From: Enterobacteria phage Kha5h
Sequence record: NC_054905.1
Length of the DNA stretch: 64,000 nucleotides
Direction: 5' to 3' (one strand)
Shown one piece after another: positions 1 through 12,200 of the stretch. The notes under the pieces were generated by a model that worked only from the letters and a program-made list of their open reading frames with translations, had not been told where the DNA came from and searched no databases. The stretch's first letter is position 1, and each line of letters begins with the position of its first letter. The position numbers and the translations under genes were made by a program.

Positions 1-116
1 TATCCCAATTTTTGAGCAGCATCTACTGCTTCAAGCAAAGTATCATGAGCCCATCCAATTTGACAACCTGGCTTTTCAGATGGATTAGCCTGATAATCCG
101 CATACACTTTATACAT
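1..116 (-). CDS. hypothetical protein, partial (N-terminal 38 codons; continues beyond window start)
   Basis: ATG at 114-116 (minus) preceded by AAGGTGA; open reading frame runs to position 1 (MYKVYADYQANPSEKPGCQIGW...). Confidence 0.4.
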   Translation of the reverse strand, partial: MYKVYADYQANPSEKPGCQIGWAHDTLLEAVDAAQKLG

Positions 117-117
117 T

Positions 118-303
118 CTATTCACCTTTAGAAATTTTATCCATAACGATAGCAATTAAACCAATTAAAAATGCTACTACAAGTGAAAACACATTTTCTG
201 CTGTAGTTAATAATCCACATATAAATCCAACAAACATTGAAAAACTAAAAGCAGAAGCAGAAATTGCAATAGCAACATTTCGAATTAATTCACAACGTTT
301 CAT
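118..303 (-). CDS. small membrane protein (61 aa, two predicted TM helices)
   Basis: Track ORF; GAGGAG Shine-Dalgarno before ATG; hydrophobic segments AIAISASAFSFSMFVGFICGLL and VVAFLIGLIAIV. Confidence 0.5.
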   Translation of the reverse strand: MKRCELIRNVAIAISASAFSFSMFVGFICGLLTTAENVFSLVVAFLIGLIAIVMDKISKGE

Positions 304-331
304 TTTATTCTCCTCGGTAGTTGATAGGGTA

Positions 332-360
332 ATAGTATCACAACTAAAACCCTATGTAAA
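332..360 (-). promoter_or_regulatory. early-promoter-like element (TTTACA -17- TACTAT) upstream of the 61-aa membrane protein gene
   Basis: Minus strand GTTTACA then 17 nt then TACTAT; same family as 698-726. Confidence 0.45.
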
Positions 361-379
361 CAACTTTGTGAAATATTTA

Positions 380-667
380 TTACAAAAGATTTTTAGCAAT
401 AATCTTGAGATGTGCCGCAGAAATGTGTTTAGCTTTAAACAACGCAGTTTCTTCAGCAGGAGAGATAACGATTGTAGCACCATCCTTTTTAGCAGACCAC
501 CCATCACCTAGGTAAACAGTACCTTTGATTTCTTCGCCATCAACCAAACTAATCATTGGTTTACCTTCTCGTCCTTTATTTGCTTTAATAACTTCAGAAG
601 TAAGAGTAGCTTCAGTAATAGTAGAAACCGGGGTAGTTGTAGAAGTAAATTCTTTGAAAGTTTTCAT
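380..667 (-). CDS. ipI: internal head protein I-like (IPI precursor, 95 aa)
   Basis: 95 aa; N-terminal MKTFKEF resembles the capsid-targeting leader of T4 internal proteins (MKTYQEF...); sits beside 57B as in T4. Confidence 0.6.
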   Translation of the reverse strand: MKTFKEFTSTTTPVSTITEATLTSEVIKANKGREGKPMISLVDGEEIKGTVYLGDGWSAKKDGATIVISPAEETALFKAKHISAAHLKIIAKNLL

Positions 668-697
668 TTTATTTTCCTAATTAATTTTGATGAGATA

Positions 698-726
698 ATA
701 GTATCACTACCTCATCAACGTGTAAA
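698..726 (-). promoter_or_regulatory. early-promoter-like element upstream of ipI
   Basis: Minus strand AAAGTTGTTTACA then 17 nt then TACTAT, about 30 nt upstream of the ipI ATG. Confidence 0.45.
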
Positions 727-739
727 CAACTTTGTGAAA

Positions 740-1436
<697 letters not shown>

Positions 1437-1437
<1 letters not shown>

Positions 1438-2150
1438 TATAGTACCTTTAGTGTATTTTTAATTTTAGAAAAAAGTTCTTCAAGAGAACCATCGTTTGTA
1501 ATTACTAAATCGCCATCACGAATTGGCAATCCAGCTTCTGTAATATGAGTATCATTGGATTTTTGACCAGGACGAACTACATGAATTACTGTAGCACCCA
1601 TCGCCCTAGCCGCATCCATTTCATGATCTTGACGAGTATCAGGAACGATATAATAATCATAACCTGAGTTAAATTTATCAAGATAATCTAAAGCAAATAA
1701 TTTTACCCAATACATGCGGTCGAAGTTATTAACAATCAAATCCGTACCTAGGGCTTGCATCAGACGACGGACTGACCATTGATCTTCAATATTATTTATA
1801 ACGTCAGCAATCTTATTAAATGCTACGAAATTAACTGCGTCATCAAAAACAAACACACCTTTAATTGGGCTTTTACTATTAAGATAGCAAAATGCTTGTT
1901 CCATAATCGTGATTACTTCTAATTTAGTCAGATTTAAATTAGTCTCACGATCATAGTCAATTCCTTCAAACTCTTTACGAGTTAAACAAGGATAGTCAGT
2001 GTTTGCTGCAAATACACCCCATGCATAAGCCAATGCATCCTTAATAGGACCAGCAAGTTGATATTTAACTGCAGAATAATTATTCATAATAAAATCTGCA
2101 GTAGTATCTTTTCCACTACGCTTTACACCACTTAAAAAGATTAGTTTCAT
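1437..2150 (-). CDS. 1: gp1 deoxynucleoside monophosphate kinase
   Basis: P-loop GVKRSGKDT; track ORF trimmed to ATG (MKLIFLSG...) preceded by GAGGAG; upstream track start is TTG. Confidence 0.9.
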
Positions 2151-2175
2151 ATGTTTCTCCTCAAATTTAATTAAG

Positions 2176-2199
2176 ATTATAACACACAAAACTGAAGCA
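2176..2199 (-). promoter_or_regulatory. candidate MotA-type middle promoter for gene 1
   Basis: Minus strand reads TGCTTCA, 11 nt, TATAAT, then GAGGAG and ATG; spacing slightly short. Confidence 0.3.
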
Positions 2200-2730
2200 T
2201 TAAACTTCTGCTATAATTTTTCCATCTTTTTCTACTTGAAAATACGTATAAGGAATCGTTGCTGTACATACTAAAGCTGGGTCTGAATCTTCAGTGTAGC
2301 TAAATTCTACTTCAGACAGGTCAGAAACCCAAGGCTTATAAAAGTTTATTGACATCACGATTTCAGTTTTACTGTTATCTAAAATGTAAAGCGTAATGTA
2401 TTCAGGACCTGTTTTTTGGGCAGTATTTTCGCCTGTAAGATAGTTACTAGTTCCTAACATCCATTCATACATTCCTATCCACGACTTAAGTTCTTCATCA
2501 ACTATAAATCTCACAATGAGTGGATCATACTCAAATGTAACACCTGGACGTTGTGCTCGGCCCAGTCCAAACGGCCCAGTCACGGTATCAGTAACAGGTA
2601 TTCTAATTCCTGGAATAGGAACTGACTGAGCATTTAAAGTAAAAGCAGATGTAGTATTACTATGTGGTATTGATACTACAAAGTTAGTTGTATTTGCTTG
2701 GTTAAAAATTTGTTGCAGAGCTTGCGACAT
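2200..2730 (-). CDS. 3: gp3 tail completion / sheath stabiliser
   Basis: Track ORF trimmed to internal ATG (MSQALQQ..., 176 aa) preceded by GAGGAA; T4 order 1-3-2-4. Confidence 0.85.
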   Translation of the reverse strand: MSQALQQIFNQANTTNFVVSIPHSNTTSAFTLNAQSVPIPGIRIPVTDTVTGPFGLGRAQRPGVTFEYDPLIVRFIVDEELKSWIGMYEWMLGTSNYLTGENTAQKTGPEYITLYILDNSKTEIVMSINFYKPWVSDLSEVEFSYTEDSDPALVCTATIPYTYFQVEKDGKIIAEV

Positions 2731-2836
2731 ATATTCCTCATAATGCTTTATAACTGTTGGTGGTATAATGGGTCTAAGTCCCTTCCATTCAATTCCATTT
2801 AGAACAAACAACAGAAAAGAATGGAAGATAATAGAA

Positions 2837-3661
2837 TTAGATATTTGACCAGACTTTGTTTGCAGAGAAACGTTTTCCTTTTGAAACGAACTGCTGAAGT
2901 GGCATCAACACAACGTTCGCCCAGTCTTTCGGGGCGATTTCAACAAGGCTACCCATAATATTACCGGGTATATATGCCTTAATCATTTGGTCTGCACCCC
3001 TAAATCCTTTCACTTGACTCCAATCAATTTTTAATTTCGTTTTATTAGTAATAGTAGGTGTATTTGAATATTGCTTTAAAAGCTCTTCTAGAAATTGCTG
3101 ACGAGCTTTAGGTGGAATATAGTGCAAGTTCAATCCGTACATTAAATTATGTTTACCTAAACCGAGGTAAATTATCAAAGGAAATTTATCCCAATAAGGA
3201 AGAGTTTCTTTGTGTTTAGCATCGTAAGCAAAAGCATATATTCGTCCCGGCTGAGGGCGAACAACTTTATGTCCTTTTACCTGCTTAATAGTTTCAGCAA
3301 ACCACTTTCTGGTTTTATTATTAATTGCTGCACCTTCATTACGAATTTTATCACGCAATGTTTGCCTGAATGAATTTATCATAAGCAGTTGTCTTTCTTG
3401 CTTATTGAGTTTATTCATTGGTTTTGATTCAAGCTTTTGAATCTTTTCAGCCGTTTTAATTCCTGAAGCATATTTTGACATTGCCGAAGTAAACGTAGAG
3501 TATTTGATTCCTCTTTCTTCAGCAAATTGCTTTCCTGTCATTCCTTTTGCTTTGGCCTTTTTGTATTCAAGACCTATCTGAATCCATTTCTTTTCGTTTA
3601 ATGATTGCTTAACCTTTGGAACTTGGGGAGTGCTTTCATTAATTATTTGAAAAATAGCCAT
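2837..3661 (-). CDS. 2: gp2 DNA end protector protein
   Basis: 274 aa, same length as T4 gp2; position in T4 order. Confidence 0.88.
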   Translation of the reverse strand: MAIFQIINESTPQVPKVKQSLNEKKWIQIGLEYKKAKAKGMTGKQFAEERGIKYSTFTSAMSKYASGIKTAEKIQKLESKPMNKLNKQERQLLMINSFRQTLRDKIRNEGAAINNKTRKWFAETIKQVKGHKVVRPQPGRIYAFAYDAKHKETLPYWDKFPLIIYLGLGKHNLMYGLNLHYIPPKARQQFLEELLKQYSNTPTITNKTKLKIDWSQVKGFRGADQMIKAYIPGNIMGSLVEIAPKDWANVVLMPLQQFVSKGKRFSANKVWSNI

Positions 3662-4113
3662 TATGCCCCCTTAAAGCCAAGAGCTCGTAATCCATCTTCT
3701 GTTAAAATTCTAAATTTTATTCCACGCTTTTCAGCTAAAGCTTGAGCTGCTTTCCATTTGTCAGTATTAACTGAATATGTATAAATTTCATTCATAAATC
3801 TTTTCTTCGCTGCGGTTGTTAGATGTGCTGGTTTAACTGGTGGTTGTGTTTCTTTTTTAGGCTTTATTTCAATAAAAAATTCTTGTCCAGAAGAATCTTT
3901 CATCCAAATATCCATGAAGTATCTACGTTTTTTCCCTTCTGCATTACAAAAATAAGGAATTACTGCTGTTTCACTACCCCATGCAATAATTTCTGGATTT
4001 TTATCTAACCATTCAAAAAAGAATTTTTCCCAATTTGATCTATACGTAATTTTTTTAGGGTCACCTCTATATTTTGATATATTTTTAGGAACCCATTTTC
4101 CAGAATATGCCAT
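3661..4113 (-). CDS. 4: gp4 head completion protein
   Basis: 150 aa; AAGGAG Shine-Dalgarno; stop overlaps gene 2 start. Confidence 0.88.
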   Translation of the reverse strand: MAYSGKWVPKNISKYRGDPKKITYRSNWEKFFFEWLDKNPEIIAWGSETAVIPYFCNAEGKKRRYFMDIWMKDSSGQEFFIEIKPKKETQPPVKPAHLTTAAKKRFMNEIYTYSVNTDKWKAAQALAEKRGIKFRILTEDGLRALGFKGA

Positions 4114-4124
4114 TGGATTCTCCT

Positions 4125-4132
4125 TATAAATA
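4125..4132 (+). promoter_or_regulatory. late promoter box TATAAATA for gene 53
   Basis: Exact TATAAATA 29 nt before the gene 53 ATG in the 4/53 divergent region. Confidence 0.65.
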
Positions 4133-4139
4133 GATAATA

Positions 4140-4147
4140 TATTTATA
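4140..4147 (-). promoter_or_regulatory. late promoter box TATAAATA (minus strand) for gene 4
   Basis: Plus-strand TATTTATA 27 nt upstream of the gene 4 start. Confidence 0.6.
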
Positions 4148-4160
4148 AACAGGAGGGCCC

Positions 4161-4751
4161 ATGCTCTTTACATTTTTTGATCCGATTGAATATGCGGCCA
4201 AAACGGTGAATAAAAACGCGCCGACTATTCCTATGACAGATATTTTTAGAAACTATAAAGACTATTTCAAACGCGCTCTTGCGGGATATCGCTTACGTAC
4301 TTATTATATTAAAGGTTCACCACGCCCGGAAGAATTAGCAAATGCTATATATGGAAATCCGCAGTTGTATTGGGTTTTATTGATGTGTAATGATAATTAC
4401 GATCCGTATTATGGATGGATTACTTCGCAGGAAGCTGCTTATCAAGCATCTATACAAAAATACAAAAATGTAGGTGGAGACCAAATAGTATATCACGTGA
4501 ATGAGAACGGTGAAAAATTTTATAATTTAATATCATACGATGATAATCCATATGTTTGGTATGATAAAGGCGATAAAGCTAGAAAATATCCTCAATATGA
4601 AGGAGCGCTTGCTGCGGTCGATACGTATGAAGCGGCTGTTCTTGAAAATGAAAAACTTCGTCAAATAAAAATAATAGCAAAATCAGACATCAATTCATTT
4701 ATGAACGACCTTATACGTATAATGGAGAAATCTTATGGAAATGATAAGTAA
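4161..4751 (+). CDS. 53: gp53 baseplate wedge subunit
   Basis: 196 aa; AGGAGG Shine-Dalgarno; late promoter upstream; precedes gene 5. Confidence 0.9.
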   Translation: MLFTFFDPIEYAAKTVNKNAPTIPMTDIFRNYKDYFKRALAGYRLRTYYIKGSPRPEELANAIYGNPQLYWVLLMCNDNYDPYYGWITSQEAAYQASIQKYKNVGGDQIVYHVNENGEKFYNLISYDDNPYVWYDKGDKARKYPQYEGALAAVDTYEAAVLENEKLRQIKIIAKSDINSFMNDLIRIMEKSYGNDK

Positions 4752-6462
4752 TAACCTTAATTGGTTTGTTGGTGTTGTTGAAGATAGAATGGACCCATTA
4801 AAATTAGGTCGTGTTCGTGTTCGTGTGGTTGGTCTGCATCCACCTCAAAGAGCACAAGGTGATGTAATGGGTATTCCAACTGAAAAATTACCATGGATGT
4901 CAGTTATTCAACCTATAACTTCTGCAGCAATGTCAGGAATTGGAGGTTCTGTTACTGGACCGGTAGAAGGAACTAGAGTTTATGGTCATTTTTTAGACAA
5001 ATGGAAAACTAACGGAATTGTCCTTGGCACGTATGGTGGAATAGTTCGCGAAAAACCGAATAGACTTGAAGGATTTTCTGACCCAACTGGGCAATATCCT
5101 AGACGTTTAGGAAATGATACTAACGTATTAAACCAAGGCGGAGAAGTAGGATATGATTCCTCTTCTAACGTTATTCAAGATAGTAACTTAGACACTGCAA
5201 TAAATCCCGATGATAGACCACTATCAGAGATTCCAACCGATGATAATCCAAATATGTCAATGGCTGAAATGCTTCGCCGTGATGAAGGATTAAGACTAAA
5301 AGTTTATTGGGATACCGAAGGATATCCGACAATTGGTATTGGTCATCTTATCATGAAGCAGCCAGTTCGTGATATGGCTCAAATTAATAAAGTTTTATCA
5401 AAACAAGTTGGTCGTGAAATTACAGGAAATCCAGGTTCTATTACAATGGAAGAAGCGACAGCTTTATTTGAGCGTGATTTGGCTGATATGCAACGTGACA
5501 TTAAATCACATTCTAAAGTAGGACCAGTCTGGCAAGCTGTCAACCGTTCTCGTCAAATGGCATTAGAAAATATGGCATTTCAAATGGGTGTTGGCGGTGT
5601 AGCTAAATTTAACACTATGTTAACTGCTATGTTAGCAGGAGATTGGGAAAAAGCATATAAAGCCGGTCGTGATTCATTGTGGTATCAACAAACAAAAGGC
5701 CGTGCATCCCGTGTTACTATGATTATTCTTACGGGGAATTTGGAATCATATGGTGTTGAAGTGAAAACCCCAGCTAGGTCTCTATCAGCAATGGCTGCTA
5801 CTGTAGCTAAATCTTCTGACCCTGCTGATCCTCCTATTCCAAATGACTCGAGAATTTTATTCAAAGAACCAGTTTCTTCATATAAAGGTGAGTATCCTTA
5901 TGTGCATACGATGGAAACTGAAAGTGGACATATCCAAGAATTTGATGATACCCCTGGGCAAGAACGATACAGATTAGTTCATCCAACTGGAACTTATGAA
6001 GAAGTATCACCGTCAGGAAGAAGAACAAGAAAAACTGTTGATAATTTGTATGATATAACAAATGCTGATGGTAATTTTTTGGTAGCCGGTGATAAAAAGA
6101 CTAACGTCGGTGGATCAGAAATTTATTACAACATGGATAATCGTTTACATCAAATCGATGGAAGCAATACAATATTTGTACGTGGCGATGAAACTAAGAC
6201 GGTTGAAGGTAATGGAACTATCCTAGTTAAAGGTAATGTTACTATTGTAGTTGAAGGTAATGCTGACATTACAGTTAAAGGAGATGCTACCACTTTAGTT
6301 GAAGGTAATCAAACTAATACAGTAAATGGAAATCTTTCTTGGAAAGTTGCTGGGACAGTTGATTGGGACGTTGGTGGTGATTGGACAGAAAAAATGGCAT
6401 CTATGAGTTCTATTTCATCTGGTCAATACACAATTGATGGATCGAGGATTGACATTGGCTAA
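4735..6462 (+). CDS. 5: gp5 baseplate hub subunit and tail lysozyme
   Basis: 575 aa; N-terminal OB domain, central T4-lysozyme-like domain, C-terminal VxGxxxxx beta-helix repeats (VEGNGTILVKGNVTIVVEGNADITVKGD...). Confidence 0.95.
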   Translation: MEMISNNLNWFVGVVEDRMDPLKLGRVRVRVVGLHPPQRAQGDVMGIPTEKLPWMSVIQPITSAAMSGIGGSVTGPVEGTRVYGHFLDKWKTNGIVLGTYGGIVREKPNRLEGFSDPTGQYPRRLGNDTNVLNQGGEVGYDSSSNVIQDSNLDTAINPDDRPLSEIPTDDNPNMSMAEMLRRDEGLRLKVYWDTEGYPTIGIGHLIMKQPVRDMAQINKVLSKQVGREITGNPGSITMEEATALFERDLADMQRDIKSHSKVGPVWQAVNRSRQMALENMAFQMGVGGVAKFNTMLTAMLAGDWEKAYKAGRDSLWYQQTKGRASRVTMIILTGNLESYGVEVKTPARSLSAMAATVAKSSDPADPPIPNDSRILFKEPVSSYKGEYPYVHTMETESGHIQEFDDTPGQERYRLVHPTGTYEEVSPSGRRTRKTVDNLYDITNADGNFLVAGDKKTNVGGSEIYYNMDNRLHQIDGSNTIFVRGDETKTVEGNGTILVKGNVTIVVEGNADITVKGDATTLVEGNQTNTVNGNLSWKVAGTVDWDVGGDWTEKMASMSSISSGQYTIDGSRIDIG

Positions 6463-6496
6463 TATACTTCCAATGAGCGCTGATTTAGGAGAATCC

Positions 6497-6991
6497 ATGG
6501 AAGGTTCTTCTATCGACGTCACCTTTACCGCTCAATTAGAAACAGGTGAAACGTTAGTATCTATAAATATAACTAGTTACGAAGAAACTCCTGGGGTTTT
6601 AGTAGAAGAAAATCGCTTATACGGAACATATGAATCTGTATTTGGTTTTGGAAATGACGCGTTGAAATATCGTTTAAGTGATGAATTTAAAACTGCTGCT
6701 TCATGGGAAGAACTTCCTACTGATTCTGACACTCAGTTGTATTTGTGGAAAGCTCCTAAAAACCTCCAGAAGACATTTACTTACGAAGTAACATTAATAT
6801 ATGACTACCAAGAACAAAGTGAATCTGGAGGTTCTGGCAGTAATTCTAGGTCATCTTCTGATACTACTGAACCAACGGATCCTCCTGCTCCAGTAAGAAA
6901 AACTCTCGTTAAAAATTATACTAAAACTATAGTTGGAAATTGGAGTCGTTGGGCTAATAAATTGAGAAGCTATGTATATGAGAGGCCATAA
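6497..6991 (+). CDS. hypothetical protein between genes 5 and 5.4 (gp5.1-like)
   Basis: Track ORF 6434-6991 trimmed to ATG at 6497 with AGGAG 5 nt upstream; the upstream part overlaps the gene 5 end. Confidence 0.5.
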   Translation: MEGSSIDVTFTAQLETGETLVSINITSYEETPGVLVEENRLYGTYESVFGFGNDALKYRLSDEFKTAASWEELPTDSDTQLYLWKAPKNLQKTFTYEVTLIYDYQEQSESGGSGSNSRSSSDTTEPTDPPAPVRKTLVKNYTKTIVGNWSRWANKLRSYVYERP

Positions 6992-7285
6992 ATGTCAGGA
7001 TTAAGTTATGATAAGTGTGTTACTGCTGGCCATGAAGCGTGGCCTCCAACAGTTGTGAATGCTACACAAAGTAAAGTATTCACTGGAGGAATTGCTGTTC
7101 TAATAGCAGGCGATCCAATTACAGAACATACAGAAATTAAAAAGCCATATGAAACACATGGCGGAGTGACACAACCTAGAACATCTAAGGTATATGTCAC
7201 GGGAAAGAAAGCTGTTCAAATGGCTGATCCAATATCATGCGGTGATACTGTGGCTCAGGCATCATCTAAAGTATTCATTAAATAG
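6992..7285 (+). CDS. 5.4: gp5.4 PAAR-repeat spike tip protein
   Basis: 97 aa, [22 protein letters not shown]...; small PAAR-like protein directly after the gene 5 spike. Confidence 0.8.
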   Translation: MSGLSYDKCVTAGHEAWPPTVVNATQSKVFTGGIAVLIAGDPITEHTEIKKPYETHGGVTQPRTSKVYVTGKKAVQMADPISCGDTVAQASSKVFIK

Positions 7286-7293
7286 GATTTAAA

Positions 7294-9276
7294 ATGGCAA
7301 ATACCCCTGTAAATTATCAATTAACAAGAACAGCAAATGCTATTCCCGAGATATTCGTCGGGGGTACGTTTGCTGAAATAAAACAAAACCTCATTGAATG
7401 GCTTAATGGCCAAAATGAATTTTTGGATTATGATTTTGAAGGCTCAAGATTAAACGTTCTGTGTGACCTTTTGGCTTATAATACATTGTACATTCAGCAA
7501 TTTGGTAATGCTGCTGTGTATGAAAGCTTTATGCGTACTGCTAACTTACGAAGTTCAGTTGTTCAAGCTGCACAAGATAACGGATATTTACCTACTTCAA
7601 AATCAGCTGCTCAAACTGAAATTATGCTAACTTGCACAGACGCATTGAATAGAAATTACATTACTATTCCTCGTGGTACTCGCTTTTTAGCATATGCAAA
7701 AGATACTTCTGTTAATCCATATAACTTCGTTTCTACCGAAGACGTTATTGCTATTCGTGATAAAAATAACCAATATTTTCCACGTTTAAAATTGGCCCAG
7801 GGACGTATAGTAAGAACTGAAATCATTTATGATAAATTAACACCTATTATCATTTATGATAAAAATATTGATAGAAACCAGGTTAAATTATATGTTGATG
7901 GAGCGGAATGGATTAACTGGACGAGAAAGTCAATGGTTCATGCTGGTTCAACATCAACGATTTACTATATGCGTGAAACTATTGATGGAAACACTGAATT
8001 CTATTTTGGCGAAGGTGAAATTTCTGTTAATGCTTCTGAAGGAGCTTTGACCGCTAATTATATCGGAGGTCTTAAACCTACCCAGAACTCTACGATTGTT
8101 ATTGAGTACATCAGTACTAACGGTGCAGATGCGAATGGCGCAGTCGGATTTTCATATGCAGATACATTAACAAATATAACTGTCATCAATATTAATGAAA
8201 ATCCAAACGACGACCCAGATTTTGTCGGAGCAGATGGCGGCGGTGATCCAGAAGATATTGAACGTATTCGTGAATTGGGTACTATTAAGCGTGAAACTCA
8301 GCAGCGATGTGTAACTGCGACAGATTATGATACATTTGTCTCAGAAAGATTTGGTTCTATTATTCAAGCCGTTCAGACTTTCACTGATTCTACTAAACCT
8401 GGTTATGCATTTATTGCTGCTAAACCCAAATCAGGATTGTATTTAACTACTGTGCAGCGTGAAGATATTAAAAATTATCTCAAAGATTATAATTTAGCAC
8501 CTATTACACCATCAATTATTTCTCCTAATTATCTTTTCATTAAGACTAATTTAAAAGTCACATATGCTTTAAATAAGCTGCAAGAATCTGAACAGTGGCT
8601 TGAAGGTCAAATAATTGATAAAATTGATCGTTATTATACCGAAGATGTAGAAATTTTTAACTCGTCTTTTGCCAAGTCTAAGATGTTGACATATGTAGAT
8701 GATGCAGATCATTCTATCATTGGTTCATCAGCGACAATTCAAATTGTTCGTGAAGTACAAAACTTCTATAAAACGCCTGAAGCAGGTATTAAATACAATA
8801 ATCAAATAAAAGATCGTTCTATGGAATCTAATACGTTTTCATTTAATTCTGGACGAAAGGTTGTAAATCCTGATACTGGTTTAGAAGAAGATGTATTATA
8901 TGACGTTCGTATAGTATCAACAGACCGAGATTCTAAAGGAATTGGTAAAGTTATTATTGGTCCATTTGCTTCTGGCGATGTTACAGAAAATGAAAACATT
9001 CAGCCGTATACAGGCAACGATTTTAACAAATTAGCAAATTCTGATGGACGCGACAAATATTATGTTATCGGTGAAATAAATTATCCAGCTGACATGATTT
9101 ATTGGAATATCGCTAAAATTAATTTAACATCTGAAAAATTTGAAGTTCAGACTATTGAATTATATTCTGACCCAACCGATGATGTTATCTTTACTCGCGA
9201 TGGTTCACTGATTGTATTTGAAAATGACTTACGTCCACAATACTTAACTATCGATTTGGAGCCTATATCACAATGA
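7294..9276 (+). CDS. 6: gp6 baseplate wedge subunit
   Basis: 660 aa; T4 order and length. Confidence 0.93.
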   Translation: MANTPVNYQLTRTANAIPEIFVGGTFAEIKQNLIEWLNGQNEFLDYDFEGSRLNVLCDLLAYNTLYIQQFGNAAVYESFMRTANLRSSVVQAAQDNGYLPTSKSAAQTEIMLTCTDALNRNYITIPRGTRFLAYAKDTSVNPYNFVSTEDVIAIRDKNNQYFPRLKLAQGRIVRTEIIYDKLTPIIIYDKNIDRNQVKLYVDGAEWINWTRKSMVHAGSTSTIYYMRETIDGNTEFYFGEGEISVNASEGALTANYIGGLKPTQNSTIVIEYISTNGADANGAVGFSYADTLTNITVININENPNDDPDFVGADGGGDPEDIERIRELGTIKRETQQRCVTATDYDTFVSERFGSIIQAVQTFTDSTKPGYAFIAAKPKSGLYLTTVQREDIKNYLKDYNLAPITPSIISPNYLFIKTNLKVTYALNKLQESEQWLEGQIIDKIDRYYTEDVEIFNSSFAKSKMLTYVDDADHSIIGSSATIQIVREVQNFYKTPEAGIKYNNQIKDRSMESNTFSFNSGRKVVNPDTGLEEDVLYDVRIVSTDRDSKGIGKVIIGPFASGDVTENENIQPYTGNDFNKLANSDGRDKYYVIGEINYPADMIYWNIAKINLTSEKFEVQTIELYSDPTDDVIFTRDGSLIVFENDLRPQYLTIDLEPISQ

Positions 9277-12200
9277 CAGTAAAAGCACCTTCAGTCACTA
9301 GTCTCAGAATTTCCAAGTTATCCGCAAATCAGGTGCAAGTACGCTGGGATGACGTTGGTGCTAATTTCTACTATTTTGTAGAAATCGCTGAGACAAAAAC
9401 AGACTCGGGGGAAAAACTCCCGAGTAATCAATACAGATGGATTAATTTAGGATATACAGCAAATAATAGTTTCTTTTTTGATGATGCTGATCCATTAACA
9501 ACATACATTATTAGAGTAGCCACAGCTGCGCAAGATTTTGAGCAGTCTGATTGGATTTATACCGAAGAGTTTGAAACTTTTGCTACAAATGCTTATACAT
9601 TTCAAAACATGATTGAAATGCAATTAGCCAATAAATTCATTCAGGAAAAATTTACTCTTAATAATTCTGATTATGTTAATTTTAATAATGACACTATAAT
9701 GGCTGCATTGATGAATGAATCATTTCAATTCAGCCCATCATATGTTGATGTTTCATCAATAAGTAATTTTATTATTGGTGAAAATGAGTATCATGAAATA
9801 CAGGGCTCTATTCAGCAGGTATGTAAGGATATTAACCGAGTTTATTTGATGGAATCAGAAGGGATTCTATATCTTTTTGAGCGTTATCAACCTGTAGTTA
9901 AAGTATCCAATGATAAAGGACAAACCTGGAAAGCTGTAAAGCTCTTCAATGACCGCGTAGGATATCCTTTATCTAAGACAGTATATTACCAATCTGCGAA
10001 CACAACATACGTTCTAGGATACGACAAGATTTTCTATGGCCGCAAATCTACTGATGTTAGATGGTCAGCTGACGATGTCAGATTTAGTTCTCAGGATATA
10101 ACATTTGCTAAACTTGGCGACCAATTACATTTAGGATTTGATGTAGAAATTTTTGCCACTTACGCGACTTTACCAGCGAATGTATATCGCATTGCAGAAG
10201 CTATTACTTGCACCGATGATTACATTTACGTTGTCGCCAGAGACAAAGTTAGATACATAAAAACGAGCAATGCACCTATAGATTCTGATCCATTATCTCC
10301 AACATATTCGGAAAGGCTTTTTGAACCTGATACAATGACTATAACCGGAAATCCTAAAGCAGTATGCTATAAAATGGATTCTATCGGTGATAAAGTTTTT
10401 GCTCTTATTATTGGTGAAGTTGAAACATTAAATGCTAATCCTAGAACATCAAAAATAATTGATTCTGCTGATAAAGGAATATATGTTTTAAATCACGACA
10501 CAAAAACGTGGAAAAGAGTTTTTGGCAACACTGAAGAAGAAAGAAGACGTATTCAACCGGGGTATGCGAATATGTCAACTGATGGTAAATTAGTTTCTCT
10601 ATCATCGAGTAATTTTAAATTTTTAAGTGATAATGTTGTTAATGACCCTGAAACTGCCGCAAAATATCAGTTAATCGGTGCTGTTAAATATGAATTTCCT
10701 CGTGAATGGTTAGCTGATAAGCATTATCATATGATGGCATTTATAGCAGATGAAAAGTCTGATTGGGAAACTTTTACTCCTCAGCCGATGAAATACTACG
10801 CAGAACCGTTCTTTAACTGGTCTAAAAAATCTAACACACGTTGTTGGATAAACAACTCTGATAGGGTTGTAGTAGTTTATGCTGATTTAAAATACACCAA
10901 GGTTATAGAAAATATTCCTGAAACATCACCAGATAGATTAGTTCATGAATACTGGGATGATGGCGATTGTACTATAGTAATGCCAAATGTTAAATTCACT
11001 GGATTTAAAAAATATGCATCTGGGATGCTTTTCTATAAAGCTTCTGGTGAAATAATTTCTTACTATGATTTTAACTATCGTGTTAGAGACACTGTCGAAA
11101 TTATTTGGAAGCCAACTGAAGTATTTTTAAAAGCATTTTTACAAAACCAAGAGCATGAAACTCCTTGGTCGCCTGAAGAAGAGCGTGGATTAGCTGACCC
11201 TGATTTAAGACCATTGATTGGCACAATGATGCCTGATTCTTATTTGTTACAGGATTCTAATTTTGAGGCATTTTGCGAAGCATATATTCAGTATCTTTCT
11301 GATGGATATGGAACTCAGTATAACAATTTACGAAATTTAATTCGTAACAAATATCCACGAGAAGAGCATGCATGGGAATATTTGTGGTCAGAGATATATA
11401 AAAGAAACATTTATTTAAATGCTGACAAACGTGATGCTGTTACAAGATTTTTTGAATCACGTAGCTATGATTTTTATTCTACTAAAGGAATTGAAGCATC
11501 ATACAAATTTCTTTTTAAAGTTCTTTATAATGAAGAGGTTGAAATTGAAATTGAATCTGGGGCTGGTACTGAATATGATATAATCGTTCAATCTGATTCT
11601 TTGACTGAAGACTTAGTAGGACAAACGATTTATACAGCCACAGGAAGATGTAATGTTACTTATATAGAAAGAAGCTATTCTAATGGTAAATTGCAATGGA
11701 CCGTAACTATTCATAATCTTTTGGGAAGATTGATTGCCGGTCAAGAAGTTAAAGCAGAAAGACTTCCTAGTTTTGAAGGCGAAATTATTCGTGGAGTTAA
11801 AGGGAAGGATTTGCTTCAAAATAATATAGACTATATTAATAGAAGTCGGTCATATTATGTAATGAAAATTAAATCCAATTTGCCTTCTTCCCGCTGGAAA
11901 TCTGACGTTATTCGTTTTGTTCATCCAGTAGGATTTGGATTTATAGCAATTACCCTTTTAACAATGTTTATTAATGTTGGTTTAACTCTTAAACACACAG
12001 AGACTATAATTAATAAATACAAAAACTATAAATGGGATTCTGGATTGCCTACTGAATATGCTGATAGAGTAGCTAAATTAACTCCAACCGGTGAAATTGA
12101 GCATGATTCAGTAACAGGCGAAGCAATTTATGAGCCTGGCCCAATGGCTGGCGTAGAATATCCTCTTCCTGATGACTATAATGCTGAAAATAACAATTCA

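Noticed and set aside
2151-2189. Extended N-terminus of gene 1 in the track (MCVIILIKFEEKH...)
   Set aside because: The extension starts at TTG and runs across the GAGGAG Shine-Dalgarno of the true ATG; similar over-extensions were trimmed for genes 3, 11, 20, uvsW.1 and the ORFs at 56714 and 57809.
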